Shown piece after piece: positions 25,336-34,744 of a stretch of 64,000 bases of DNA (position 1 is the first letter of the stretch; each line of letters starts with the position of its first letter). Source of the DNA: Bacteroidales bacterium (GTDB taxonomy: Bacteria; Bacteroidota; Bacteroidia; Bacteroidales; VadinHA17); the NCBI GenBank assembly GCA_024763075.1, contig JANTGF010000012.1, forward strand, positions 8,093 to 72,092, given 5' to 3'. The notes beneath the pieces are model-generated. The model did not search any database. It was not told the DNA's origin and worked only from the letters and a program-made list of their open reading frames with translations. The translations under genes were made by a program, and so were the position numbers.

Positions 25336-25758
25336 ATGATTAGAATCATTTTCATATTGGGTGGTTTTTTATACTTGTCCGTAATTTCAGGAGCAGGACA
25401 GGATTGGATTGGTCTGCCGGAAGATTCTGTAAAAAAGGTAATTGAAACAGAGTGTCCGGACCTGAACCTGAGTACGAATACGGTCAACAAGGTATATCAT
25501 TATCTGAAATTTGAAAAGTCAGATGGGATGCAGACCACACTGGTTTTTCTGGATGACAGTAATAATTGCCGGTATGTAAAGAATATGTACGATTATGTAA
25601 TCTGGGATAGAGTAATACAGGATTTAAATAATAAGTTTTCCCGCAGGAATGACAGTCTGTGGATATCGGAAAATAAGGATAAAAAAATCGTTAGTGAACT
25701 GAAGAAAGAGGAATGGTATTTTACCGTAATCACAAAACCTGTGGAAAAGAAGAAGTGA
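25336..25758 (+). CDS. Small secreted hypothetical protein inserted between the MoxR and DUF58 genes
   Basis: 140 aa with a signal peptide (MIRIIFILGGFLYLSVISGAGQ). Short gaps on both sides (26 and 35 nt), same strand. I recognise no family. Confidence 0.55.
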   Translation: MIRIIFILGGFLYLSVISGAGQDWIGLPEDSVKKVIETECPDLNLSTNTVNKVYHYLKFEKSDGMQTTLVFLDDSNNCRYVKNMYDYVIWDRVIQDLNNKFSRRNDSLWISENKDKKIVSELKKEEWYFTVITKPVEKKK

Positions 25759-25793
25759 ATAATAACTGAGACAGGATATCGATAGATAAGGTG

Positions 25794-26657
25794 ATGGAAA
25801 CAACAGAGTTATTAAAGAAAGTCAGAACAATTGAAATAAAAACACGTGGCCTGTCAAAAAATATTTTTGCAGGAGAGTACCACAGTGCTTTTAAGGGCAG
25901 GGGTATGGCTTTTAGTGAAGTAAGAGAGTATCAGTATGGCGATGATATCCGCAATATCGACTGGAATGTTACCGCAAGGTTCAGTCATCCCTATGTAAAG
26001 GTTTTTGAGGAAGAAAGAGAACTGACCGTGATGTTGCTGGTGGATGTGAGTGGCTCCAGTGTTTTTGGTACAAGGAATATGCTGAAGAAGAATATGATTA
26101 CCGAGATTTCAGCAGTGCTTGCTTTCTCTGCCATCCAGAACAGTGATAAAATAGGGGTTTTATTTTTTAGTGATAAGGTAGAAAAATTCATCCCGCCGAA
26201 AAAGGGAAGAAAGCATATTCTTCATATTATCAGGGAGTTGATAAATTTCACGCCGGAAAGTAACCAGACAAATCTTACCGAACCTCTCAGGTATCTGACA
26301 AATGCCATAAAAAAAAGATGTACGGCCTTTTTACTTTCTGATTTTATCAGTGAGGACTTTGAAGATGCCCTGAAAATCGCAAGCAATAAGCATGACCTGG
26401 TGGCTTTGAAAATTTATGATAAAGGAGAGACAAAATTACCTCCTGTGGGATTATTAAGACTGAAAGATGCGGAAAGCGGGCAAGAAATGTGGGTGGATAC
26501 AATGTCAGGTAAGGTCAGAAGGGAATATGAGCAATGGTGGAACAAACAGGATGCAAAAGTCAGGGAAACCTTCAAACACAGCGGGGTTGATAATGTAGCC
26601 ATAAGTACGGATGAGGATTATGTAAAGCCAATTATTAAACTTTTTAAGAAGCGTTAA
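25794..26657 (+). CDS. DUF58 domain protein (MoxR partner)
   Basis: Motifs: EVREYQYGDDIRNIDWNVTARF and a VWA-like LLVDVSGS. ATG 25794 follows the GTG 25791 start used by the track. Confidence 0.85.
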   Translation: METTELLKKVRTIEIKTRGLSKNIFAGEYHSAFKGRGMAFSEVREYQYGDDIRNIDWNVTARFSHPYVKVFEEERELTVMLLVDVSGSSVFGTRNMLKKNMITEISAVLAFSAIQNSDKIGVLFFSDKVEKFIPPKKGRKHILHIIRELINFTPESNQTNLTEPLRYLTNAIKKRCTAFLLSDFISEDFEDALKIASNKHDLVALKIYDKGETKLPPVGLLRLKDAESGQEMWVDTMSGKVRREYEQWWNKQDAKVRETFKHSGVDNVAISTDEDYVKPIIKLFKKR

Positions 26658-26680
26658 AAATTTGTTGGTTTAATGATAAA

Positions 26681-27736
26681 ATGAAAAAGACAGGATTTTT
26701 AAAATATAGCATCATCATTTCAGGAATTTTATTCTTGTTTATTTCTCTGACAGCACGGGGGCAGGAAGTTGCCATTCAGTCTGTACTTGAAAAAGATACC
26801 ATTCTTATTGGTGACCAGATTCAATATACGGTTGAATTGACCCAACCTGCAAATATGGCCGTACATTTTTCTTCCTATAAGGATACGATTACCGGAAAGA
26901 TTGAAATCGTCCAATCTACATTACCGGATACCATAAAAACAACTGAGGGGCCTTTGAAAATTGTGCAAAGATACCTGATCACTTCTTTTGATGAAGGATT
27001 TTACACACTTCCCGGACCCAAAGTGAATTATAGTGTAAATGGAGTGGAAAAAGAATTGGCAGGACCTGATCTTTACCTGCAGGTTTTAACCATGCCTGTG
27101 GATACAAGCAAGGGAATCTATGATATAAAATTGCCATACCGTGCCCCGATTACTCTTAAGGAATTAGTACCTTACATTATTGGAGGAGTTGTACTGGTTG
27201 CCATTATCCTTTTGGTTCTTTATTATGTAAGAAGGTGGAAACGGAAGAAAAGAGGGTATGTTCCACAAAAACCCAGGGAACCTGCGCATGTTATTGCCCT
27301 GCGTGAACTGGACAAACTGAAAGAAGATAAATTATGGCAAAAGAACAGGCCCAAACTATTTCATTCCAGGCTGACGGATATTTTGAGGACATACCTTGAG
27401 TACAGATTTGATATTAAGGCGATGGAGCAAACCACCCCTGAAACACTGCGTAGTTTGAAAGAGTCAGGTTTTAATGATAACCGTTTGTATTCCAAGATGA
27501 AAGAGATTCTGGATTTGGCGGATCTGGTAAAATTTGCAAAATTCAAACCTTTGCCACAAGAGAATGAAACTTCATTGCTGGATGCCTATATTTTTATAAA
27601 TGAAACAAAACCGGTGGATAAACCGCTGACTTCGGAAGAGATTACACCGGAGAACCAGGGTAATGAGAAGGGGAATGCTTCAGCTGAGGAGGAAAAGAGT
27701 GATGATAAAATAAAACCAGAGGAGGGAAAACAATGA
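26681..27736 (+). CDS. Bat-operon membrane protein (orf3-like), single central TM helix and acidic C-terminal tail
   Basis: 351 aa. A signal peptide is followed by an Ig-like beta-rich N-terminal half, the TM helix YIIGGVVLVAIILLVLYYV with RRWKRKKR, and an acidic tail. Its stop overlaps the batA start (ATGA). Confidence 0.55.
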   Translation: MKKTGFLKYSIIISGILFLFISLTARGQEVAIQSVLEKDTILIGDQIQYTVELTQPANMAVHFSSYKDTITGKIEIVQSTLPDTIKTTEGPLKIVQRYLITSFDEGFYTLPGPKVNYSVNGVEKELAGPDLYLQVLTMPVDTSKGIYDIKLPYRAPITLKELVPYIIGGVVLVAIILLVLYYVRRWKRKKRGYVPQKPREPAHVIALRELDKLKEDKLWQKNRPKLFHSRLTDILRTYLEYRFDIKAMEQTTPETLRSLKESGFNDNRLYSKMKEILDLADLVKFAKFKPLPQENETSLLDAYIFINETKPVDKPLTSEEITPENQGNEKGNASAEEEKSDDKIKPEEGKQ

Positions 27737-28725
27737 AAGGCTTGGTTTTTCAATCACCGGACTGGTTGTATCTTCTGTTTTTGATAATACCTGCAGTGGT
27801 ATGGTACATATTAAAAGAACGGAAATCAAAGGCCAGTTTGCAGTTTTCTTCTTTGGGGGCTTTCCCCAAAGGAGCCGGGCATATCCGGCAGTATCTGAGA
27901 CATTTGTTGTTTGTTTTTCGTCTTCTGGCTACGGCCTTGATCATTGTAGCAATGGCACGTCCTCAGTCCACTACCAGATGGAAGAATGTGAAAACGGAGG
28001 GGATTGATATTGTTATTGCCCTGGATATCTCAAGCAGTATGCTGGCCCGTGATTTCAAACCCGACCGGCTGGAGGCTTCAAAAGATGTTGCCACAGAATT
28101 TATATCAGGACGGCCGAATGACAGGATCGGGCTGGTGGTTTTTAGTGGGGAGAGTTTTACCCAGTGTCCTCTGACCAGTGATCATGCTGTTTTAATAAAT
28201 ATGTTTCATGATATAAAGAGTGGTATGATTGAGGATGGAACAGCTATCGGGAATGGTCTGGCAACAGCAGTCAGCCGGTTGAAAGACAGTAAGGCCATCA
28301 GCAAAGTGATCATTTTATTAACGGACGGAGTAAATAATAAAGGAGATATTGCACCTCTTACAGCAGCAGAAATTGCTAAAACATTTGGTATCCGCGTTTA
28401 TACCATTGGAGTGGGTTCCCTGGGTATGGCTCCCTACCCGGTACAGACACCTTATGGCATACGGTACCAGAATATGGAGGTAAAAATTGATGAAGAAGTT
28501 TTGCAGAAGGTGGCAGAAATGACGGATGGAAAATACTTCAGGGCAACGAATAACCAGAAGTTAAAAGAAATATATCAGGAAATTGATAAGCTGGAGAAAT
28601 CAAAGATTGATGTGAAGGAGATTAGTAAGAGGGAAGAGGAATACCTTAAGTTTGTATTGCTTGCTCTTGCTTTTCTGATTGCGGAAGGATTATTAAGAAG
28701 CACTGTTTTCCGGACTTTGCCGTAG
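27733..28725 (+). CDS. batA: VWA-domain membrane protein BatA
   Basis: 330 aa with N- and C-terminal TM helices. The MIDAS motif is DIVIALDISSSM, followed by ILLTDGVNN. Confidence 0.8.
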   Translation: MKGLVFQSPDWLYLLFLIIPAVVWYILKERKSKASLQFSSLGAFPKGAGHIRQYLRHLLFVFRLLATALIIVAMARPQSTTRWKNVKTEGIDIVIALDISSSMLARDFKPDRLEASKDVATEFISGRPNDRIGLVVFSGESFTQCPLTSDHAVLINMFHDIKSGMIEDGTAIGNGLATAVSRLKDSKAISKVIILLTDGVNNKGDIAPLTAAEIAKTFGIRVYTIGVGSLGMAPYPVQTPYGIRYQNMEVKIDEEVLQKVAEMTDGKYFRATNNQKLKEIYQEIDKLEKSKIDVKEISKREEEYLKFVLLALAFLIAEGLLRSTVFRTLP

Positions 28726-28789
28726 GCTGAAGGAAAGTCAGGAAAAGTAATGAATAGTTAGTTAATATATAAAATAGAAATTGTAGAAA

Positions 28790-29827
28790 ATGTTTCGATT
28801 TGCAAACCCGGAATATCTTTACCTGCTGATCCTGGTACCTGTGCTGTATATATTATGGCTGGTGGGTCGCAGCATTTCGGAAAAAAGGATGAAACGATTC
28901 GGGGATAATGAAATTTTGCAGGATCTGATGCCGGAAACATCGGCAACCAGACCTTTGCTTAAATTCATTCTTCTGTTATTTGTTTATATTTTCCTGATCC
29001 TGGGAATTGCCCGGCCGCAGTTTGGAACGAAACTTCAGCAGGTGAAAAGAAAAGGAATTGAAATGATCATTGCCCTGGATGTTTCGAATTCCATGCTGGC
29101 ACAGGACATAAAGCCCAACAGGCTGGAGAAGGCTAAACAATCTATTTCAAAACTGGTGGAGAGACTCGTAAATGACAGGATTGGATTGATTGTATTTGCA
29201 GGTCAGGCTTATACACAGATTCCAATTACCAGTGATTATGTTTCGGCAAAAATGTTTCTTTCTTCCATATCCCCCGGGATTGTTCCCGTGCAGGGTACAG
29301 CTATCGGAGCTGCTATTAAGCTGGCCATGAATTCTTATACTCCGCAGGAAGACATGAGCAAAGTCCTGATCATAATTACGGATGGAGAGAACCACGAAGA
29401 TAACGCTGTTGCAATGGCACAGCAGGCAGCGGAAAAGGGGATAAAGATCTATACCATTGGGGTGGGTTTGCCAAAAGGCTCCCCTGTTCCATTGCCCTCA
29501 AAATCTGGTCAGCCCGTTTTCCTGAAAGATAAGGCCGGGAAAGTGGTGATCAGTAAACTGGATGAAAAGACCCTGGAAGAAATTGCAGCCATTGGTAATG
29601 GAAAGTATATTCGTGCAAACAATACCAGACTGGGATTAAATGCCTTGTTTGAAGATATCAATAAGCTGGATAAAAAGGAAATTGATGCAAAAATATACTC
29701 TGAGTATGCTGATATTTTTCAGTATCCGGTGGGTATAGCACTCATGTTGTTGATAATTGAGTTCATAATCCTTGACAGGAAGAACAGGAAATTGAAGCAC
29801 ATCAGGTTGTTTAAAATTAATGAGTAG
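28790..29827 (+). CDS. batB: VWA-domain membrane protein BatB
   Basis: 345 aa, a paralogue of the preceding gene. The MIDAS motif is MIIALDVSNSM, followed by IIITDGENH. TM helices at both ends. Confidence 0.8.
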   Translation: MFRFANPEYLYLLILVPVLYILWLVGRSISEKRMKRFGDNEILQDLMPETSATRPLLKFILLLFVYIFLILGIARPQFGTKLQQVKRKGIEMIIALDVSNSMLAQDIKPNRLEKAKQSISKLVERLVNDRIGLIVFAGQAYTQIPITSDYVSAKMFLSSISPGIVPVQGTAIGAAIKLAMNSYTPQEDMSKVLIIITDGENHEDNAVAMAQQAAEKGIKIYTIGVGLPKGSPVPLPSKSGQPVFLKDKAGKVVISKLDEKTLEEIAAIGNGKYIRANNTRLGLNALFEDINKLDKKEIDAKIYSEYADIFQYPVGIALMLLIIEFIILDRKNRKLKHIRLFKINE

Positions 29828-30596
29828 TTTAAAAATGAAGCATTTATTATTAATATTGACGTTTTTTCTTTCTTTTGTACAAATGAGTTTGTTTGCTCAG
29901 AAGGACAGAAAGTATATCAGGGAAGGAAATAAGGATTTTGCCTCCGGGAAGTATCAGGATGCAGAATTGTCTTATCGTAAAGCGCTGGATAAAACAAAAG
30001 ATCCTGTAAAACCTTCTTTCAATATAGGCGATGCCCTGTATAAGCAGAAGAAATTTGAAGATGCGGCAGGACAATTTGATAAACTTGCAGAAACAGAGAC
30101 AGATAAGGAAAGTGTGGCAAGAACTTATCATAATCTGGGAAATTCGTATTTACAGACGAATAAACTGAAAGAAAGTATTGAAGCTTATAAGAATGCTTTA
30201 CGGAAAAATCCGTATGATATGGAAACCAAATATAACCTGGCTTATGCTCAGGAGAAATTAAAAGAACAGCAAAAAAAGCAACAGCAGAATAAAGATAAGA
30301 ACAAGGACAATAAAGATAATAAGGACAAGAATAAAAACAAGAACAATAAGAATCAGGATAAAAATAAAGATCAAAACAAGAAAAATCAGGATAAAAAAGA
30401 CCAGAACAAACAGGATCAGAATAAAAATAAGGACCAGCAGAAAAAGCAGCAACAGCAGCCACAACCAAATCAGATATCTAAAGAAGATGCTGCCCGGATT
30501 TTACAGGCACTGGCAAACCAGGAAAAGGATGTCCAGAAAAAAGTTAAAAAAGCAAAAGCACAGAAAGCAAAAGTTAAGACAACAATCAACTGGTAG
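29820..30596 (+). CDS. batC: TPR protein BatC with a long K/N/D/Q low-complexity segment
   Basis: Signal peptide, then TPR units (YHNLGNSYLQTNKLKESIEAYKNALRKNP), then about 75 aa of QQKKQQQNKDKNKDNKDNKDKNKNK...QQQPQPNQ. The start may be ATG 29835 (MKHLLLIL...) rather than 29820. Confidence 0.75.
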   Translation: MSSLKMKHLLLILTFFLSFVQMSLFAQKDRKYIREGNKDFASGKYQDAELSYRKALDKTKDPVKPSFNIGDALYKQKKFEDAAGQFDKLAETETDKESVARTYHNLGNSYLQTNKLKESIEAYKNALRKNPYDMETKYNLAYAQEKLKEQQKKQQQNKDKNKDNKDNKDKNKNKNNKNQDKNKDQNKKNQDKKDQNKQDQNKNKDQQKKQQQQPQPNQISKEDAARILQALANQEKDVQKKVKKAKAQKAKVKTTINW

Positions 30597-30617
30597 ATTA
30601 TTAATTTTGAGGATTGG

Positions 30618-32423
30618 ATGAAAAAGAATTTAAGCATATTGATTTTACTGTTTACCGGTTTAATGGTACATGCTGAGGATGTCAGCTTAACTGCTTCCGC
30701 ACCAAAAGTTGTTTCCATGGGAGAACAGTTCAGGCTTATATTTACACTGAATAAGAAGGCCGATCAGTTTTTACAGCCAGACCTGGCCGATTTTTCGGTT
30801 CTTATGGGGCCGAGTACTTCATACAGCCAGAGCACATCCATTGTGAACGGCAAAATGACCCGGTCGGTTTCTTATACCTATACGTACATCTTACAGCCAA
30901 AAAAACCGGGGGAATTTATGATCTCACCGGCTGTAGCTAAAGTAGGAAAGAAAAGCTACAAATCATCTCCCCTGAAGATTGAAGTGGTTAAAGGGGATCA
31001 GAAAGCTGCAGCAGGGAATACCCGGAGTTCACAAGGAACTTCCACAACCGGTAGCGGACAGCCCAACCTGTTTGTTAAAGTACTGGTGAATAAAAAAAAT
31101 TTATATGTTGGCGAACATCTTACCGCTACCATAAAAATTTATTCCAGAGTGAACTTGTCAGGTTTCGATGATGTAAAATTTCCTACTTTTGACGGATTCC
31201 TGAAAACAGATATTGAGACTCCGCCTTTGCGGTCACTGGAAAGGGAGAATGTGAACGGACAGATCTACGGAACCGGGGTCATTTCCAGAGTGGTTCTTTT
31301 TCCTCAGAAGAGTGGAACACTTGTGATTGACCCGGTGGAGATTCAGTGTCTTGTACAACAACGTTCATCCCGTTCATCCAATAGCTTTTTTGATGATTTC
31401 TTTGATTCATACCAGACGATTAAAAAGAGGATTAAGAGTCCTGCATTGAAAATAAATGTAAAACCTCTGCCTGCGGGAAAACCTATGGGCTTTTCAGGTG
31501 CAGTCGGCTCTTTTACCCTGACTGGATCGATAGATAAAACTGAGGTGAAAGCAAATGAGGCAGTTACATTGAAGCTTAGAGTCTCCGGAAATGGAAACCT
31601 GAAGCTGATCAGCCCTCCTGAAGTGAATTTCCCGCTTGATTTTGAAACCTATGATCCCAAAATAAATTCAAATCTGAAAACCACCATCAATGGTACATCC
31701 GGCTCAAAGACCTTTGAATATCTGATGATCCCCAGAGTGAAGGGAGAATTCAGAATTCCACCGGTGGCTTTTCATTATTTTGACCCATCTTCGGGTTCGT
31801 ATAAAACCTTGCATACATCTGAATACCTTATAAAGGTTTTGCCGGGTAACGAGGATGAATCAGGAACCGTGATCACTTCTACTTCAAAAGAAGGGGTGAA
31901 ATTTATTGGCAAGGATATCCGGTATATTAAAACTTCTACGGTAAAACTGAAAAAGAGAGGAGAATCTATCTGGGGAACTCCCTGGTTCTTCGGAGTTTAT
32001 ATTTTCAGCATTCTTCTGTTCATAGCTGTTTACATTTTAAGAAGGAAGAAAATGAAGGAAGAATCGAATATTGAGTTGCTGAAAAATAAAAAGGCGAATA
32101 AGTTTGCAAAGAAAAGACTAAAGTTAGCCTCTGCTCAGATGAGGGCCGGTAACAGCAGTACCTTTTATCAGGCTGTATTAAAGGCTTTGTGGGGTTACCT
32201 GAGTGATAAACTTGGAATCCCCTTATCAGGATTATCAAGGGATAATGTGGCTCAGAATTTAAAAGAAAAAGGAATAGATGATGAAATCATAACGGGAATG
32301 ATCAGTCTGATAGATAATTGTGAGTTTGCACAATATGCCCCTTCCGGAAGCGCAGGCAATATGGAGGATATCTATAAACAGGCTGTTAGGATAATTACGA
32401 AAATGGAAAATAAGGTTAGATAG
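30618..32423 (+). CDS. batD: BatD (oxygen-tolerance family) protein
   Basis: 601 aa. Signal peptide, repeated Ig-like modules (GEFMISPAVAKVGKKSYKSSPLKIEV; GEFRIPPVAFHYFDP), one TM helix near residue 470, and a cytoplasmic helical tail. Confidence 0.75.
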   Translation: MKKNLSILILLFTGLMVHAEDVSLTASAPKVVSMGEQFRLIFTLNKKADQFLQPDLADFSVLMGPSTSYSQSTSIVNGKMTRSVSYTYTYILQPKKPGEFMISPAVAKVGKKSYKSSPLKIEVVKGDQKAAAGNTRSSQGTSTTGSGQPNLFVKVLVNKKNLYVGEHLTATIKIYSRVNLSGFDDVKFPTFDGFLKTDIETPPLRSLERENVNGQIYGTGVISRVVLFPQKSGTLVIDPVEIQCLVQQRSSRSSNSFFDDFFDSYQTIKKRIKSPALKINVKPLPAGKPMGFSGAVGSFTLTGSIDKTEVKANEAVTLKLRVSGNGNLKLISPPEVNFPLDFETYDPKINSNLKTTINGTSGSKTFEYLMIPRVKGEFRIPPVAFHYFDPSSGSYKTLHTSEYLIKVLPGNEDESGTVITSTSKEGVKFIGKDIRYIKTSTVKLKKRGESIWGTPWFFGVYIFSILLFIAVYILRRKKMKEESNIELLKNKKANKFAKKRLKLASAQMRAGNSSTFYQAVLKALWGYLSDKLGIPLSGLSRDNVAQNLKEKGIDDEIITGMISLIDNCEFAQYAPSGSAGNMEDIYKQAVRIITKMENKVR

Positions 32424-32478
32424 AAAAATCGTGAAATAAATGCACAGGGAAAGAAGACATATTATAAACTTTGTACAA

Positions 32479-33234
32479 ATGAAAAAGATTTCATGGCTGA
32501 TTCTTCTTTTATTACTGGTATCGAATGTCTTCGGGCAGGCAGTGGATGATTCATTGAATGCGGGAAATCAGTATTATTCCGAAAAAAAATATGAAGATGC
32601 CATCAGGGTGTATGAGTGGGTATTGAATGAAGGCTATGAGGCGCCTGAATTATATTATAACCTTGGAAATGCATATTTTAAATCTCATAAAATGACTTTT
32701 GCCCTGCTGAATTATGAACGGGCAAAGCTTCTGGATCCGGGGAACGAAGACATTGATTATAATCTGAAACTGGCAAAAAGTTTTGTGATTGATAAGATAG
32801 ATGAAGTTCCTCCATTTTTCCTGACCCAGTGGCACAATTCCATGGTCAATATGTTTTCAGGAGATGTCTGGGCAGTGATAAGCATGGCAACATTCGTTTT
32901 ATTATTGCTGGTATTTTCCGTTTATCTTTATACCCGAAAGTATGGTATAAAGAAACTTTCTTTCTGGTTCAGCGTATTATTACTGTACGTTTCGATCTCA
33001 TCTTTTGTATTTGCTTTAAATGACAGACAACGGATTTTGCACCCCGGTACTGCTTTGATCTCAGCATCGTCGGTAACTGTTGAAAGCTCACCAGATGAGA
33101 GCGGAACCGATCTTTTCCTGATCCATGAAGGAACCAAAGTTACGATTCGGGAAAAACTGGGTGACTGGACAAGGATCAGGTTAAGTGACGGTAAAACGGG
33201 TTGGGTACCATCCAGCTCCATTATTGAAATTTAA
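32479..33234 (+). CDS. batE: BatE-like TPR + SH3 domain membrane protein
   Basis: The start is set at MKKISWLILLL... TPR units (YYNLGNAYFKSHKMTFALLNYERAKLLDP) are followed by two TM helices and a C-terminal SH3_3-like GDWTRIRLSDGKTGWVPSSSI. Confidence 0.7.
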   Translation: MKKISWLILLLLLVSNVFGQAVDDSLNAGNQYYSEKKYEDAIRVYEWVLNEGYEAPELYYNLGNAYFKSHKMTFALLNYERAKLLDPGNEDIDYNLKLAKSFVIDKIDEVPPFFLTQWHNSMVNMFSGDVWAVISMATFVLLLLVFSVYLYTRKYGIKKLSFWFSVLLLYVSISSFVFALNDRQRILHPGTALISASSVTVESSPDESGTDLFLIHEGTKVTIREKLGDWTRIRLSDGKTGWVPSSSIIEI

Positions 33235-33246
33235 CTAGGATTGAAA

Positions 33247-33630
33247 ATGAAATTATTTCTGGTAAAACTTGCTTTTGCAAGTCTTGTTATCCTTGCTTTT
33301 TCCTGTAAAAAGGATTTGGGCCCAACAGATTTACGAATTAAAAACACCACAGAATTTACTTTTACGGATGTTGAAGTGAATACTTCCGAAGGCATTCATA
33401 ATTTTGGAACAGTTGCTGCGGGCCAGACCACTGATTATAAAAGGTTTGATATGGCATACCGTCAGGCCCAGATTGAATTGTTCATTGGTCAGGAACAATA
33501 TGAACTAATTCCCGTTGATTATACATACGAGGTGCCGCTGGGCAGGGGGATGTTTACCTATGAAATATCTGCAGATACCACGGAAAAAGTCCTAAGTATT
33601 CACGTGGAAGCCGATGCTCCGCTGGATTAG
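33247..33630 (+). CDS. Small lipoprotein, unknown function
   Basis: Lipobox LAFSC at the end of the signal peptide, about 127 aa. I recognise no family. Confidence 0.5.
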   Translation: MKLFLVKLAFASLVILAFSCKKDLGPTDLRIKNTTEFTFTDVEVNTSEGIHNFGTVAAGQTTDYKRFDMAYRQAQIELFIGQEQYELIPVDYTYEVPLGRGMFTYEISADTTEKVLSIHVEADAPLD

Positions 33631-33692
33631 TTTTTAAGATTTTATAGTTGAATTGAAATTTTTCAGTAGATCCGAAACAGATCAGCAGGATT

Positions 33693-34670
33693 TTAATTTA
33701 CCGGAAAATCTACCGAATTAGAATCCGGCATCCAGCTTCTTCTGATCAATGATTGGATATAATATCTTGCCAATTGAATAAAAAGGTGAAAATATACCCT
33801 TAATTCAGGTATAAAATAGAACAATAATCCCAGTACAGCCGGTATAAGTAATCCCAGTATATTGTAAATAACAAGATAAATCTGAAAAATAGCCCGTTTA
33901 AGACCCTTGAAGTGCTTTTTGATATAAATGTGCCGGGAGATTAAAACCTGAGTCTTGGTATAGGATTTTAATTTAATGTTCTGCCGGGTTACACCACCAT
34001 GCTGATGAATGATCCGGATATCACATAGTAAAGCAACTTTTCCACCCTGATCACTTACTCTTTTACATAAGTCAACATCCTCGGAATACAGCCAGTAATC
34101 CTCATCCCAGCCTCCGGCCTGCCTAAGAATTTTTTCAGGAATTAAAATAAGAGATCCGGAAACCCAGTCAGGAAAAATGACAGATTGTCCTTTACACTTC
34201 AGTTTTGCCTTATGAGGCATGAGAAGACGGTAAAAAGCCCTGTTAATCCCGGTAAGAGTTTTAAAAGAGGGGAAAGTACCGAAGGGATATTCATCGTTCT
34301 CTTTTTCATCTGTTTGCTGACAGGAAAGTATGTGATATTCAGGATGCTGTTTTGCTGTATTCAGCATCTCAGATATGGCCGGCAGATTTACAATAGTATC
34401 CGGATTAAGGAACATCAGATATTCGCCACTGCTTTTTTCGACTCCCAGGTTATTTCCGTTCGAGAATCCATAGTTGCCATTATTTTCAATGAAATGAACA
34501 GAGGGAAATTGTTTTGAGAATTCTTTAAGTTTCCCGTCATTGGAATGGTTGTCAACTACAATTACCTCGGAACTAAAATCAGCGTTTTTAAGGCAATTTA
34601 GAGCCACAAGACAACCGGACAAAGGTTTCCAGCCACGATAATTTACAATAATTACGGATAATTTAATCAA
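33693..34670 (-). CDS. Family 2 glycosyltransferase
   Basis: 325 aa. Motifs: LSVIIVNYRG, VIVVDNHSNDG, FLNPDT (DxD-like). The C-terminus has membrane helices. Confidence 0.8.
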   Translation of the reverse strand: MIKLSVIIVNYRGWKPLSGCLVALNCLKNADFSSEVIVVDNHSNDGKLKEFSKQFPSVHFIENNGNYGFSNGNNLGVEKSSGEYLMFLNPDTIVNLPAISEMLNTAKQHPEYHILSCQQTDEKENDEYPFGTFPSFKTLTGINRAFYRLLMPHKAKLKCKGQSVIFPDWVSGSLILIPEKILRQAGGWDEDYWLYSEDVDLCKRVSDQGGKVALLCDIRIIHQHGGVTRQNIKLKSYTKTQVLISRHIYIKKHFKGLKRAIFQIYLVIYNILGLLIPAVLGLLFYFIPELRVYFHLFIQLARYYIQSLIRRSWMPDSNSVDFPVN

Positions 34671-34744
34671 TTTCCTGTTTCTAATGTTAACAATGAACTG
34701 CTTCGGGAATTTTCATTCCGGAAATACTTATAAAATGTGTAAAG

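Noticed and set aside
30019-30468. 149-aa and 68-aa minus-strand ORFs across the BatC low-complexity tract
   Set aside because: They are products of the purine-rich quasi-repeat read on the opposite strand (poly-Leu/Phe/Ile). No start context supports them.
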